Positions 56,526 through 64,000 of a DNA stretch of 64,000 bases are shown here, piece by piece. The DNA is from Spirochaetales bacterium. Lineage in GTDB: Bacteria; Spirochaetota; GWE2-31-10. Made by a program: the position numbers and the translations under genes. Every line of letters begins with the position of its first letter. Within the stretch, counting starts at the first letter, position 1. A model generated the notes under the pieces. The model worked only from the letters and a program-made list of their open reading frames with translations, had not been told where the DNA came from and did not search any database. The stretch spans positions 15,866 through 79,865 of the forward strand of contig JAGANG010000020.1 of NCBI GenBank assembly GCA_017624275.1. Reading direction: 5' to 3'.

Positions 56526-59208
56526 TCTTGTTTTGTTGTCGGTATTGTTGACACAATCGATTTTTGCCGATGATTTGGAAGATTTTCGTGCTGCCTATGC
56601 ACTGTATAAAGATAAATTTTATGATGTTGCCGCCAGAGCTTTTGAAGAAATGGCGGCACATTATCCGGCATCGTCAATGTACGACGACATGCTGTATTAT
56701 CAGGCAATAGCACTGTTGAAACAAAACAAAATACAAGAAACTTTGTCTCCGTTGTGGAAACTTTTTAATAAAAAAGATTATCAATATTACAATGATGTCC
56801 TTTATTATCTTTCGCTGAATAATCATCTGCTGGAAAAATATGCAGATTCGGAAAAGGCACTTGCCCGACTTTTACCTATAGAAAAAGATCCGCAACGCCA
56901 TGAAAAGCTTCTTTATATTACAATCAAAAATAATTTCTTATTAAAAAAGAACACGAAATGTTTTGAGTACGCCCAAATATATGTTGATACCAACGGATAC
57001 GACAAGTACCGTGAGGAAGTTTTACGATTACAAACGGATTTGTATTTGCAGGAAGAAGATTATGAAAATGCTCTAATCAGAATGGATTTGTTGTTGCCGT
57101 ATAGCTCTTCTGCGGAAGAAACATCTGTTTTACGTTACAATTATCTTTATGCATTATATATGACCGACCGTGACAAAGAGGCGATAACTTTTTTTGAACG
57201 AAATGATTTTACGTTCTCTCAAGATTTGTATTTTCTTATGTCTGATATTTATTATCGCAGTCAACGTTTGGACGATTCTTATAAATTGTTGGGAGACATT
57301 TATAAAAATACAAAACTTGAAGAAGCTGTTCGTCGACAGGCATTGATAGATTATGAACGAAATAATTTCAGTCGTGCTTTGAATGTATTGGAAAGTTATA
57401 CGAACAAAGATTATTTGCCGTTTTTTAAAAGTGATTTAGCATATCGAGTCGGTGATAAAGAGAAGAGCTTTTTTTATATCAAGAAAATTGCTCCTAAAAA
57501 AATGACACAAGATGAATTGCAGCTTTATTATCAATTAGTTGCGGAACTTAATAAAACCGAAGAATATGATGTTTTTATAAAACAGCCGGAGTTGCTGGAT
57601 AAATTAGTAAGAGATGAAAGAAATTTAGTTTTGTATAATTTAGCGGTATTTTGTTTTAACGAACAAAATTATGATGATGCAGGACGATTGATGAAACGTT
57701 GGCTTGCGGAGTTTTCCGGAGACGAACGTTATGACAGCGTACTTTATATGAGCGGAGTAACGCTTAATTATTTAAAGCGTTATCAAGAAGCTGTAATCGA
57801 ATTTACCAAGTTGCAAAAAATGAACAAGAAAGACCGTATTTACTACGAGTCTATGGTTGATAAAGGTGAAGCGTATTTTTTATTGTTGGAATACGGAAGT
57901 GCGATTCGCAGTTATGAAAGTTACCTTGCAAACGATGTTACTTCGGAACGTAAACAGGAAGCTTTGTTGCAATTGGGAAATGCTTATTTTAATATCAAGC
58001 GTTATGAAAAAGCCTACAGAAATTATTTAAAATATGAAAGTCAATACGGTCGCAGTGCAATGATAGAACAAAAAATAGCAGAGACCTTGTTGAAGAAAAG
58101 AGATTTTCTGGAAATTCAGACGCATTTCGGCAAAAGACAAAATCACGAGGCTTATCCGTTTTTTGTATATTTATATTCATGTTTTCAGCGTGAAGATTAT
58201 CAATCTGTAATTGCAGAAAAAAATAATCTTCCTAATTACAAAGCCAGTTCATATTATGCAGATATGCTTTATATTCTTGTAATGGCATGTCAAAAAATGC
58301 AGCAGGAAGATGAATTGGTGGCAATTTATGAAAAAAACAAACGTATTCCCGATAATGAAAGCGGTATGAAAATAAAAAAAGCGATGTTTAAATCGTTTTT
58401 AAAAATTCGTCGTGTAGATTTGGCAAATAATTTGTTCAAGGAAAAAGATTCCGAATTGTTGTATTTCCTCGGGGATTCTTATGCCAATTCATTGTATTTA
58501 GATGAAGCCGCAGAAAATTTTATTGCTTTATTAAATGGAAATCCGCAAAATATTAGTTATCCGCAATTGGTAAAAATCTATAAAATTATGTTTGCCGGGA
58601 AAAAGTTTGAAGCTGCTTTAGCGGCAGCTGAATATCTGTGCAAACTTTTTCCTCGTGCTGCAGAACCTCAATTGTATCGATTTCAGTCATTATATTATTT
58701 AAATAATGTCGAAAGAATTCATCAGGTAATAAATGAATCGGTAAAGAGTCAAGATGAGCTTTTTTATTCGTATGCGTCATATTCTACACAGTATTTACAA
58801 AATAAAAATGCGAAAGAATATTTAAAAAATCTCCAGTCACTTCTGGATAAGGTAGATATTGATAAACCGGCAGTGCGTGAAATTGTACGAATGATTATAG
58901 AAATCAGTTTGCAAACTGAAAATTATAAGATTGCAGCTTCGATGATAAATAAAATTCCGTCATCAAAAATGAATCACCTTGATGCAGAAATTAGATACAA
59001 CGAAGCAATTCTTTATGAGAAAAGCGGTAATCAAGACAAGGCTGTCGATTTATTGTTGAAAATTTTTTATTTGTATCCGTCAGATGTGTTTTGGGTAGAA
59101 AAAAGTGTGAAAGAAGTTTTGCGTATTTATAATGAACGAGGCGAAACGGAACGCAATGAACGAATAATAAAAATGTTTGAAGACAAATATTTTCGTATGG
59201 ATAAATAA
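56503..59208 (+). CDS. large secreted TPR-repeat protein
   Basis: Signal peptide [22 protein letters not shown]. Repeated Y/A/L helical-pair periodicity throughout 901 aa. Overlaps the clpC 3' end by 23 nt. Confidence 0.6.
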   Translation: MKIKKKVSLVLLSVLLTQSIFADDLEDFRAAYALYKDKFYDVAARAFEEMAAHYPASSMYDDMLYYQAIALLKQNKIQETLSPLWKLFNKKDYQYYNDVLYYLSLNNHLLEKYADSEKALARLLPIEKDPQRHEKLLYITIKNNFLLKKNTKCFEYAQIYVDTNGYDKYREEVLRLQTDLYLQEEDYENALIRMDLLLPYSSSAEETSVLRYNYLYALYMTDRDKEAITFFERNDFTFSQDLYFLMSDIYYRSQRLDDSYKLLGDIYKNTKLEEAVRRQALIDYERNNFSRALNVLESYTNKDYLPFFKSDLAYRVGDKEKSFFYIKKIAPKKMTQDELQLYYQLVAELNKTEEYDVFIKQPELLDKLVRDERNLVLYNLAVFCFNEQNYDDAGRLMKRWLAEFSGDERYDSVLYMSGVTLNYLKRYQEAVIEFTKLQKMNKKDRIYYESMVDKGEAYFLLLEYGSAIRSYESYLANDVTSERKQEALLQLGNAYFNIKRYEKAYRNYLKYESQYGRSAMIEQKIAETLLKKRDFLEIQTHFGKRQNHEAYPFFVYLYSCFQREDYQSVIAEKNNLPNYKASSYYADMLYILVMACQKMQQEDELVAIYEKNKRIPDNESGMKIKKAMFKSFLKIRRVDLANNLFKEKDSELLYFLGDSYANSLYLDEAAENFIALLNGNPQNISYPQLVKIYKIMFAGKKFEAALAAAEYLCKLFPRAAEPQLYRFQSLYYLNNVERIHQVINESVKSQDELFYSYASYSTQYLQNKNAKEYLKNLQSLLDKVDIDKPAVREIVRMIIEISLQTENYKIAASMINKIPSSKMNHLDAEIRYNEAILYEKSGNQDKAVDLLLKIFYLYPSDVFWVEKSVKEVLRIYNERGETERNERIIKMFEDKYFRMDK

Positions 59209-59229
59209 AAATTAATCTATGGAATAAGT

Positions 59230-59252
59230 TGCAGTGAACTTGTTTCACTGCA
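59230..59252 (+). terminator. 9-bp hairpin after the TPR gene (no clear U-tract)
   Basis: TGCAGTGAA cttgt TTCACTGCA. Confidence 0.4.
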
Positions 59253-59611
59253 TACATTCTTCACCACGGCAGGAATAATTTTTTTTATTTAGCTCAAACG
59301 GTCTTTCCTGACAGAAAATATCAAATGAATGCACAGTTTAAACGGTGTTTTAGCCTAAATTAAATTTTACTGACTCAACCGGAGAAATAGCTAATTTTGA
59401 GAATAAATTTCAATTATGTAATGACATTTTTTTATAGATGACAGACCTCTATTCCTAAACTGAATAAAAATCTAATACCGTGAATGAAAATTATTTTTTT
59501 TAATACCAATGAAGAAGCTTGTAAAAAGGTTTGTGATCTTACCTTATGAAATTGTATTATTGCAGTCCTATTTTGGGGAGTAATAATAAATGTGTATTTA
59601 TGAGGATTGTT

Positions 59612-59740
59612 ATGGAATCTAAGCCTGTAAAAAACATCTCAGATAAAAAAGAAAATCTTCGGGAAAAAATTGTGATGTTGTGCTCGAAAGAACGAATTGA
59701 AAAGGCGAAACCTTTTGTAAACTGGGTTGGAGCATTATGA
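59612..59740 (+). CDS. hypothetical 42-aa protein, first gene of the DpnI cassette
   Basis: GAGGA SD 5 nt before the ATG at 59612 (MESKPVKNISDKKENLREKIVMLCSKERIEKAKPFVNWVGAL). The stop overlaps the next ATG (ATGA). Confidence 0.4.
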   Translation: MESKPVKNISDKKENLREKIVMLCSKERIEKAKPFVNWVGAL

Positions 59741-59937
59741 TTAAATTCTTTGTTACGATAGAAGAAACTGTTTCAAAAACATTTGAGGTTATTGCCGAAA
59801 ATGAAAATCAAGCTAAAGAAATAGCTATGAATAATTATAATTCAGGAAAATTCGTACTTACTCCGGGAGAATTAACACAAAAACAAATTCAAGTCAGCGA
59901 TGATAATAACACTTTAATAAATTGGGAAGAATTTTGA
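59737..59937 (+). CDS. DpnD/PcfM-like small protein
   Basis: FFVTIEETVSKTFEVIAENENQAKEIAMNNYNSGKFVLTPGEL fits the DpnD-PcfM pattern as I remember it (beta-strand, 'VeAes.eeA', 'y..g.ivL'). Translationally coupled on both sides. Confidence 0.5.
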   Translation: MIKFFVTIEETVSKTFEVIAENENQAKEIAMNNYNSGKFVLTPGELTQKQIQVSDDNNTLINWEEF

Positions 59938-60707
59938 TGAATTTTAATTTTGATATCTCGCTTGTTGAAAATTACAAAAGTAAATCGCAAATAAGCAGAG
60001 TTCTTACGGAAGATTGGGTAGAACGAAATTTGTATTGTCCTATTTGTGGTAAAACATACATAAACAGATATGAAAATAATCATCCTACCGGAGATTTTTA
60101 TTGTACTGATTGTAATTCCGATTTTGAATTAAAAAGCAAAGAAAGTGCTTCTGAAAAGTTATCAAAAACTATTGTTGACGGTGAATATTCGACAATGATT
60201 TCCAGAATAACTTCTTTAAAAAATCCGAATTTCTTTTTTATGATGTATAAGAATTATTCTGTACAAAATTTCATTTTAATTCCAAATCATTTTTTTACTC
60301 CGGAAATAATAATAAAGCGAAATCCTCTAGGTCCGAATGCACGCAGAGCTGGTTGGACTGGATGTAATATTGATATTTCATCAATTCCGGAATCAGGAAA
60401 GATTTTTCTTGTAAAAAATAAAATTCAAATAGAACCGGAAAAGGTAATTGCCAGTTATAAAAAAACAAAAACATTAAAAACAAATAGTTTGGAATCAAGA
60501 GGTTGGATTTTAGATGTATTAAATTGTATTGAAAAGATTCCGAACAAAGATTTTACGTTGAATGAAGTTTATAAATTTGAAGATGAATTAAAATTAAAGC
60601 ATCCTCTAAATAATTTTATAAAAGATAAAATTCGTCAGCAATTGCAATATCTTCGAGATAAAGGATTTATTGAGTTTATTTCCCCCGGACATTACAAAAA
60701 AATCTAA
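59937..60707 (+). CDS. DpnI-family methyl-directed (G-m6A-TC) type IIM restriction endonuclease
   Basis: Resembles my recollection of S. pneumoniae DpnI along its length: LVENYKSKSQISRVLTEDWV...YCP.CG, DFYC..C...FELKSK, NPNFFF, RRAGW.GCNID, SRGW...LNCI, IRQQLQ.LRDK. Confidence 0.85.
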   Translation: MNFNFDISLVENYKSKSQISRVLTEDWVERNLYCPICGKTYINRYENNHPTGDFYCTDCNSDFELKSKESASEKLSKTIVDGEYSTMISRITSLKNPNFFFMMYKNYSVQNFILIPNHFFTPEIIIKRNPLGPNARRAGWTGCNIDISSIPESGKIFLVKNKIQIEPEKVIASYKKTKTLKTNSLESRGWILDVLNCIEKIPNKDFTLNEVYKFEDELKLKHPLNNFIKDKIRQQLQYLRDKGFIEFISPGHYKKI

Positions 60708-60708
60708 C

Positions 60709-60789
60709 TACTGGAAAACTAACAGCGTGAAGTATAATTTCTTGCTCATTGCACACGAGTATTTGTTTGTATTCAAAAAATTAAGTTAA
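60709..60789 (+). pseudogene. possible C-terminal relic of a DNA methyltransferase
   Basis: Start-less frame ...WKTNSVKYNFLLIAHEYLFVFKKLS*. HEY(L/I)xVFKK resembles a conserved N4/N6-MTase segment. Weak, from memory. Confidence 0.25.
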
Positions 60790-60813
60790 TTAGTTGTGAA
60801 AATTTACAGTCGT

Positions 60814-61407
60814 TCAGTCATTCAATTTTTTCTTGAAAATATAGGTTTTGTATTTTTTAGTGCCATCGTTGAATTTTTCGTAGATTGATTCTTCAATTAA
60901 AATAAAGCCGTTTTTTAAATACCATTGCCAATTACATTCACAATCAGTCCAAAGATATAAATTTTTGTAATTCAAATTTTTTAAATGATTCCAAAGTTTT
61001 TCAAAGATAATCGAACCGTATCCTTTTTTGCAGCTGACAAAAAGTGAAAGTTTAATGTCGTTTTCATTCATTAACGAATGAACTTTTGAATCCATACAGG
61101 CAAGATATTCTGTACAAAGGTTTATGCTTTGTTTTTGTGCCGCAGTGAAATCACCGGCGTTTTCGGAAATCCACCGATTCAGATTGTTTTTATCAAATTT
61201 TTTTTGAAAGAAAGTCACTGCCAAAGGTTCTTGATTTTCCGCAATTTGAAAAGCAAGTCCGTTTTCAAAAAAACTGTTTTGCAAAATTATTTCAGTATAA
61301 AATTTCCGGAAAGAATCTTCCCAATCGGAAAAACTCCACAACGGTTTTACAAAATCAACGATTTGAGAAAAATATTCTTTATTAAAAGGCACAACTGATT
61401 TATTCAT
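60814..61407 (-). CDS. GNAT-family N-acetyltransferase
   Basis: C-terminal half GYGSIIFEKLWNHLKNLNYKNLYLWTDCECNWQWYLKNGF is GNAT-like (acetyl-CoA pocket and beta-bulge context). Confidence 0.55.
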   Translation of the reverse strand: MNKSVVPFNKEYFSQIVDFVKPLWSFSDWEDSFRKFYTEIILQNSFFENGLAFQIAENQEPLAVTFFQKKFDKNNLNRWISENAGDFTAAQKQSINLCTEYLACMDSKVHSLMNENDIKLSLFVSCKKGYGSIIFEKLWNHLKNLNYKNLYLWTDCECNWQWYLKNGFILIEESIYEKFNDGTKKYKTYIFKKKLND

Positions 61408-61447
61408 AAGATTTTAATGAGAAAAAATGATTGCAATTGATTATTTA

Positions 61448-61625
61448 TCATCGATTTAATGGCTCAGGATGACCGATTCCGGAATTACCGTTCCAGGCGA
61501 TATCAGACCAGATTTTAATCATTTATTTTATCTCCAAAGGCAAAAAGAATATACGACATAAAAAAACGGTCAAAAGACCGCTTTGATTTTCTCACTCGTG
61601 GGAGGAAATCTAACCCCGGGCCCAT
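61448..61625 (-). other. two translationally coupled mini-ORFs (36 aa and 24 aa) in a locally GC-rich, structured segment
   Basis: AGGAGG, 6 nt, then ATG at 61625: MGPGLDFLPRVRKSKRSFDRFFMSYILFAFGDKIND*. Overlapping ATG at 61522 (GGAGA SD): MIKIWSDIAWNGNSGIGHPEPLNR*. GGAGG/CCTCC and CGGTC/GACCG+U-run hairpins lie in the same stretch. Confidence 0.3.
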
Positions 61626-61684
61626 AATGAGCCTCCTAAAAAATATTATATTGTTAATAATATAATAAAGTAAAAGCAAAAAGT

Positions 61685-62218
61685 TCACTTTTTTATTGAA
61701 TCAAGCCAAATTTTCACATCTTGCTTTGTTGGATTTGTTAAACCTAAACCTTTTTTATGAATTGATTTTGGAGTAAGTTCCGTAATTTTTGAAAGTGTTT
61801 CATCTCGAAAAGTTGAAGCATAAGTACAAAATGGAATGACAGTTTTTCCCTCAAATGATTTTTGGTTTTGAAGAATCCAACCTTGTACAATCATGGGGCA
61901 AGTATGCCACCACACAGGAACACCGATAAAAATTGTTTCATATCCGTCAAGATTCACTGATGATTTTATTTTTCGATAAATTTTATTATCTCGTTCTTCT
62001 TTTGCCACAACAGTACAAGATTTATATTGTGCCGGATATGGCTCAGCAGATTCCAGTCTGAAAATATCTGCTTTTGTCATTTCTGCAATATAATTTGCCA
62101 TTTTTTGAGTTGTTCCTGTATGGCTGAAATAAACAACTAAAGATTTTTGATTTTCTTCTGCGAAAATAGCTTGGGTAAAAAGAAAACTTAGAATTGAATA
62201 AATAATAATTTTCTTCAT
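61685..62218 (-). CDS. flavodoxin-like protein with N-terminal signal peptide
   Basis: MKKIIIYSILSFLFTQAIFA, then LVVYFSHTGTTQKMA (flavodoxin FMN-phosphate loop), GVPVWW. Confidence 0.7.
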   Translation of the reverse strand: MKKIIIYSILSFLFTQAIFAEENQKSLVVYFSHTGTTQKMANYIAEMTKADIFRLESAEPYPAQYKSCTVVAKEERDNKIYRKIKSSVNLDGYETIFIGVPVWWHTCPMIVQGWILQNQKSFEGKTVIPFCTYASTFRDETLSKITELTPKSIHKKGLGLTNPTKQDVKIWLDSIKK

Positions 62219-62236
62219 TTTTTCTCCAGTATCGCT

Positions 62237-63241
62237 TTATTTTATTAAAACTAATTTGTAGTGTCTGTTGCCTAATCCTATTTTTTCGGCATGTTCCAAA
62301 GTGTGAAGTCCGCTTCTGCTTTCTACACGTTGTCTGAAAGTTTCATTTCCTTTTGCATCCCATACAAAATCGATACAAGCTTGGTCTAATGCCACAGGGT
62401 CAACGGACGCAGCTATTCCGATGTCGTGTATGTCCGGTTCAGCCGGGTTTCCGTTACAATCACAATCAATAGAAATACGATTCATTACATTAATATAAAC
62501 AATTCTTTTCCCGTTTCCGAGATAGTCGCTGACAGCTTTTCCGGCTTCAGCCATAGCTTCACAAAAAGCAATTTGTTCTCCGCCCCAAAGTTCGGTAAGA
62601 CTTGTACCGCCGGAATGAATATTTATTTTTCCGGTTACGCTGCCCATTCCTATTGAAATATTTTTGATTGCACCGCCGTATCCTGCCATTGCGTGTCCTT
62701 TAAAATGACTGAGTACAAGATATGAACCGTAATCAGGAAATGATTTTCCAACGTAATTTTTTTTCAACCGTTTTCCGTCTTTTATTGTAAGAACAAAATC
62801 ACCTGATTCATCTTGAATGTCGACTTGAGCAATGGCTGTAAATCCGTGCTTTTCGGCTGTTTTTTTATGTTCTTCCGATGAAGATCGTTTCCCGCCGTAT
62901 GCTGTATTACATTCTACGATTGTTCCGTTAAGTTTTTGTACTAGATTCTTTATTAATTCCGGACGTAAATAATTACTTTTCGGAGGTTCTCCGGTACTGA
63001 CTTTTACGCCGACTTTACCTGTGCTTTCCCATTTTAATGCGTCAAAAATTTTTACCAAATATTCCGGTGTTATTTCTGATGTAAAAAATACCGTTGATTT
63101 TGCATTTTTGTCTTGGTAATCAAGATTACTTAAATGGATAATTTCACCGCCGTTTGTTTTGATTTGAGTATTTTCTTTTGAAGAAATATTTGAAACAGAA
63201 AATACAGTAAAGAAAATAAGAAATAAAATATTTTTTTTCAT
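62237..63241 (-). CDS. DUF362-domain protein with N-terminal signal peptide
   Basis: MKKNILFLIFFTVFSVSNISS. LSHFKGHAMAGYGGAIKNISIG resembles the DUF362 KtH..aG.tgalKN.xG motif. CDCNG near the C-terminus. Confidence 0.55.
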   Translation of the reverse strand: MKKNILFLIFFTVFSVSNISSKENTQIKTNGGEIIHLSNLDYQDKNAKSTVFFTSEITPEYLVKIFDALKWESTGKVGVKVSTGEPPKSNYLRPELIKNLVQKLNGTIVECNTAYGGKRSSSEEHKKTAEKHGFTAIAQVDIQDESGDFVLTIKDGKRLKKNYVGKSFPDYGSYLVLSHFKGHAMAGYGGAIKNISIGMGSVTGKINIHSGGTSLTELWGGEQIAFCEAMAEAGKAVSDYLGNGKRIVYINVMNRISIDCDCNGNPAEPDIHDIGIAASVDPVALDQACIDFVWDAKGNETFRQRVESRSGLHTLEHAEKIGLGNRHYKLVLIK

Positions 63242-63266
63242 GATAATGAACTCCTAAAATAATATA

Positions 63267-63297
63267 ATTCTACAAGTTAAAGTGAACTTTAAGTCAA
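63267..63297 (-). promoter_or_regulatory. MerR-type promoter (19-bp spacer) with palindromic operator, driving the DUF362-flavodoxin operon
   Basis: Minus strand: TTGACT (63292-63297), 19 nt, TAGAAT (63267-63272). Perfect dyad TTAAAGT-ga-ACTTTAA (63277-63292) lies in the spacer, reaching the -35 edge. Confidence 0.7.
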
Positions 63298-63324
63298 GTG
63301 AATTAATAAGGAAATTTTATCAAA

Positions 63325-63780
63325 ATGAATTATTCTATCGGTCAAATGGCAAAAAAATTGGGATTAACGACAGCAACGCTTAGGTATTATGAAAAAGAAG
63401 GCTTGCTTCCGTTTGTAGAACGAACAAGCGGCGGAATTCGACAATTTACAGAAAAAGATTTTGAATGGCTTATGATTATTGATTGCCTGAAAAAGACCGG
63501 AATGTCGCTTAAAGATATTCGCAGTTTTATTGAAATGGTAAATCAAGGGGATTCTACCATAGAAAATCGTCTTAATCTTATACAGAAACAGAAAAAATCG
63601 GTAGAAAATCAGCTTGCGGAATTAGCAGAAATTTTAAAAGTTTTAGAATTTAAAGAATGGTTTTATGCAACCGCATTACAAGACGGAACTACAGAAAACG
63701 TTATGAACATGAATATAGAAGATTTACCGGAGCCATTCCAAGAGACTAGAAAAAAACTAATCGGAAAAGAATACAACTAA
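63325..63780 (+). CDS. MerR-family transcriptional regulator
   Basis: YSIGQMAKKLGLTTATLRYYEKEGLLPFVERTSGGIRQFTEKDFEWLMII is a MerR HTH, followed by a coiled-coil dimerisation helix. Confidence 0.85.
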   Translation: MNYSIGQMAKKLGLTTATLRYYEKEGLLPFVERTSGGIRQFTEKDFEWLMIIDCLKKTGMSLKDIRSFIEMVNQGDSTIENRLNLIQKQKKSVENQLAELAEILKVLEFKEWFYATALQDGTTENVMNMNIEDLPEPFQETRKKLIGKEYN

Positions 63781-63806
63781 AAGATTCAATCTGGCAAAAA
63801 TCGGAA

Positions 63807-64000
63807 TCACAAAATATTACACAATCTCGCTTTTATTCTTTCAGAGGTCAATTCAATTTCCTGGTTTATTACGCTGTTTATTCTATTTTGCACAGAGTTG
63901 TCATTAATAGCCGTTTGTGTGCATTGAAAAAGTGAAGACGGAAGAACATTTAATTCCAGAACGATTTTTTCCAAGAGTTTATATGTCACAAATTTTGTTC
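63807..64000 (-). CDS. XRE-family regulator (paralogue 4 of 4), C-terminal part; 5' end outside the window
   Basis: The frame stays open upstream of the track's GTG to the window edge. ...KFVTYKLLEKIVLELNVLPSSLF aligns with KFPKPETIDLIAETLKIEPGQLF of the paralogues. Confidence 0.55.
   Translation of the reverse strand, partial: TKFVTYKLLEKIVLELNVLPSSLFQCTQTAINDNSVQNRINSVINQEIELTSERIKARLCNIL

Noticed and set aside
1-64000. rRNA, tRNA, tmRNA, CRISPR array, integrase or phage structural genes
   Set aside because: Scanning intergenic regions and GC-richer patches by eye revealed no cloverleaf-like or rRNA-like sequence, no repeat-spacer array, and no integrase, terminase or capsid-like ORFs. 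A tRNAscan/Infernal run would be the decisive check.

Overview
AT-rich (roughly mid-30s % GC by eye) bacterial chromosomal window. Gene content suggests a host-associated spirochete such as Treponema: BspA-type LRR lipoprotein, many HAMP-PP2C sensors, and an Rpn/PD-(D/E)XK 'putative transposase'. This taxonomic call is inference only. I found no rRNA, tRNA, CRISPR array or prophage. Housekeeping blocks: GH13 amylase, rsmI, HAD phosphatase, leuCD, purF, azlCD, an amino-acid ABC transporter, and mcsA-mcsB-clpC with HtrA and CPBP proteases. Between them lie accessory or signalling islands:
1. A tandem array of four HAMP-PP2C sensor phosphatases with homogenised output halves and diverged sensor halves (10975-19323), next to a FIST protein.
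2. Four paralogous small XRE regulators, three of them divergently paired with exported proteins. Two of these cargo genes share a near-identical RBS and signal-peptide cassette. One cargo is an exported mini-protein with four DnaJ-type CxxCxGxG motifs.
3. An Rpn-family nuclease gene inside a 1.19-kb insert bracketed by 250-bp direct repeats that duplicate the 3' end of a membrane 4Fe-4S gene.
4. A methyl-directed DpnI-type restriction cassette (mini-ORF, DpnD-like, DpnI) followed by a possible methyltransferase relic.
5. A TacA/TacT (DUF1778/GNAT) toxin-antitoxin pair.
6. A textbook MerR-type 19-bp-spacer promoter driving signal-peptide-bearing DUF362 and flavodoxin-like genes.
7. Several unexplained non-coding repeats: a nested-palindrome MITE-like element in two copies, and a 4 x 23-bp palindromic array.
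Several track ORF starts (TTG/GTG extensions) were moved to internal ATGs with Shine-Dalgarno sites. Three ORFs under 60 aa that are missing from the track were added by hand translation.
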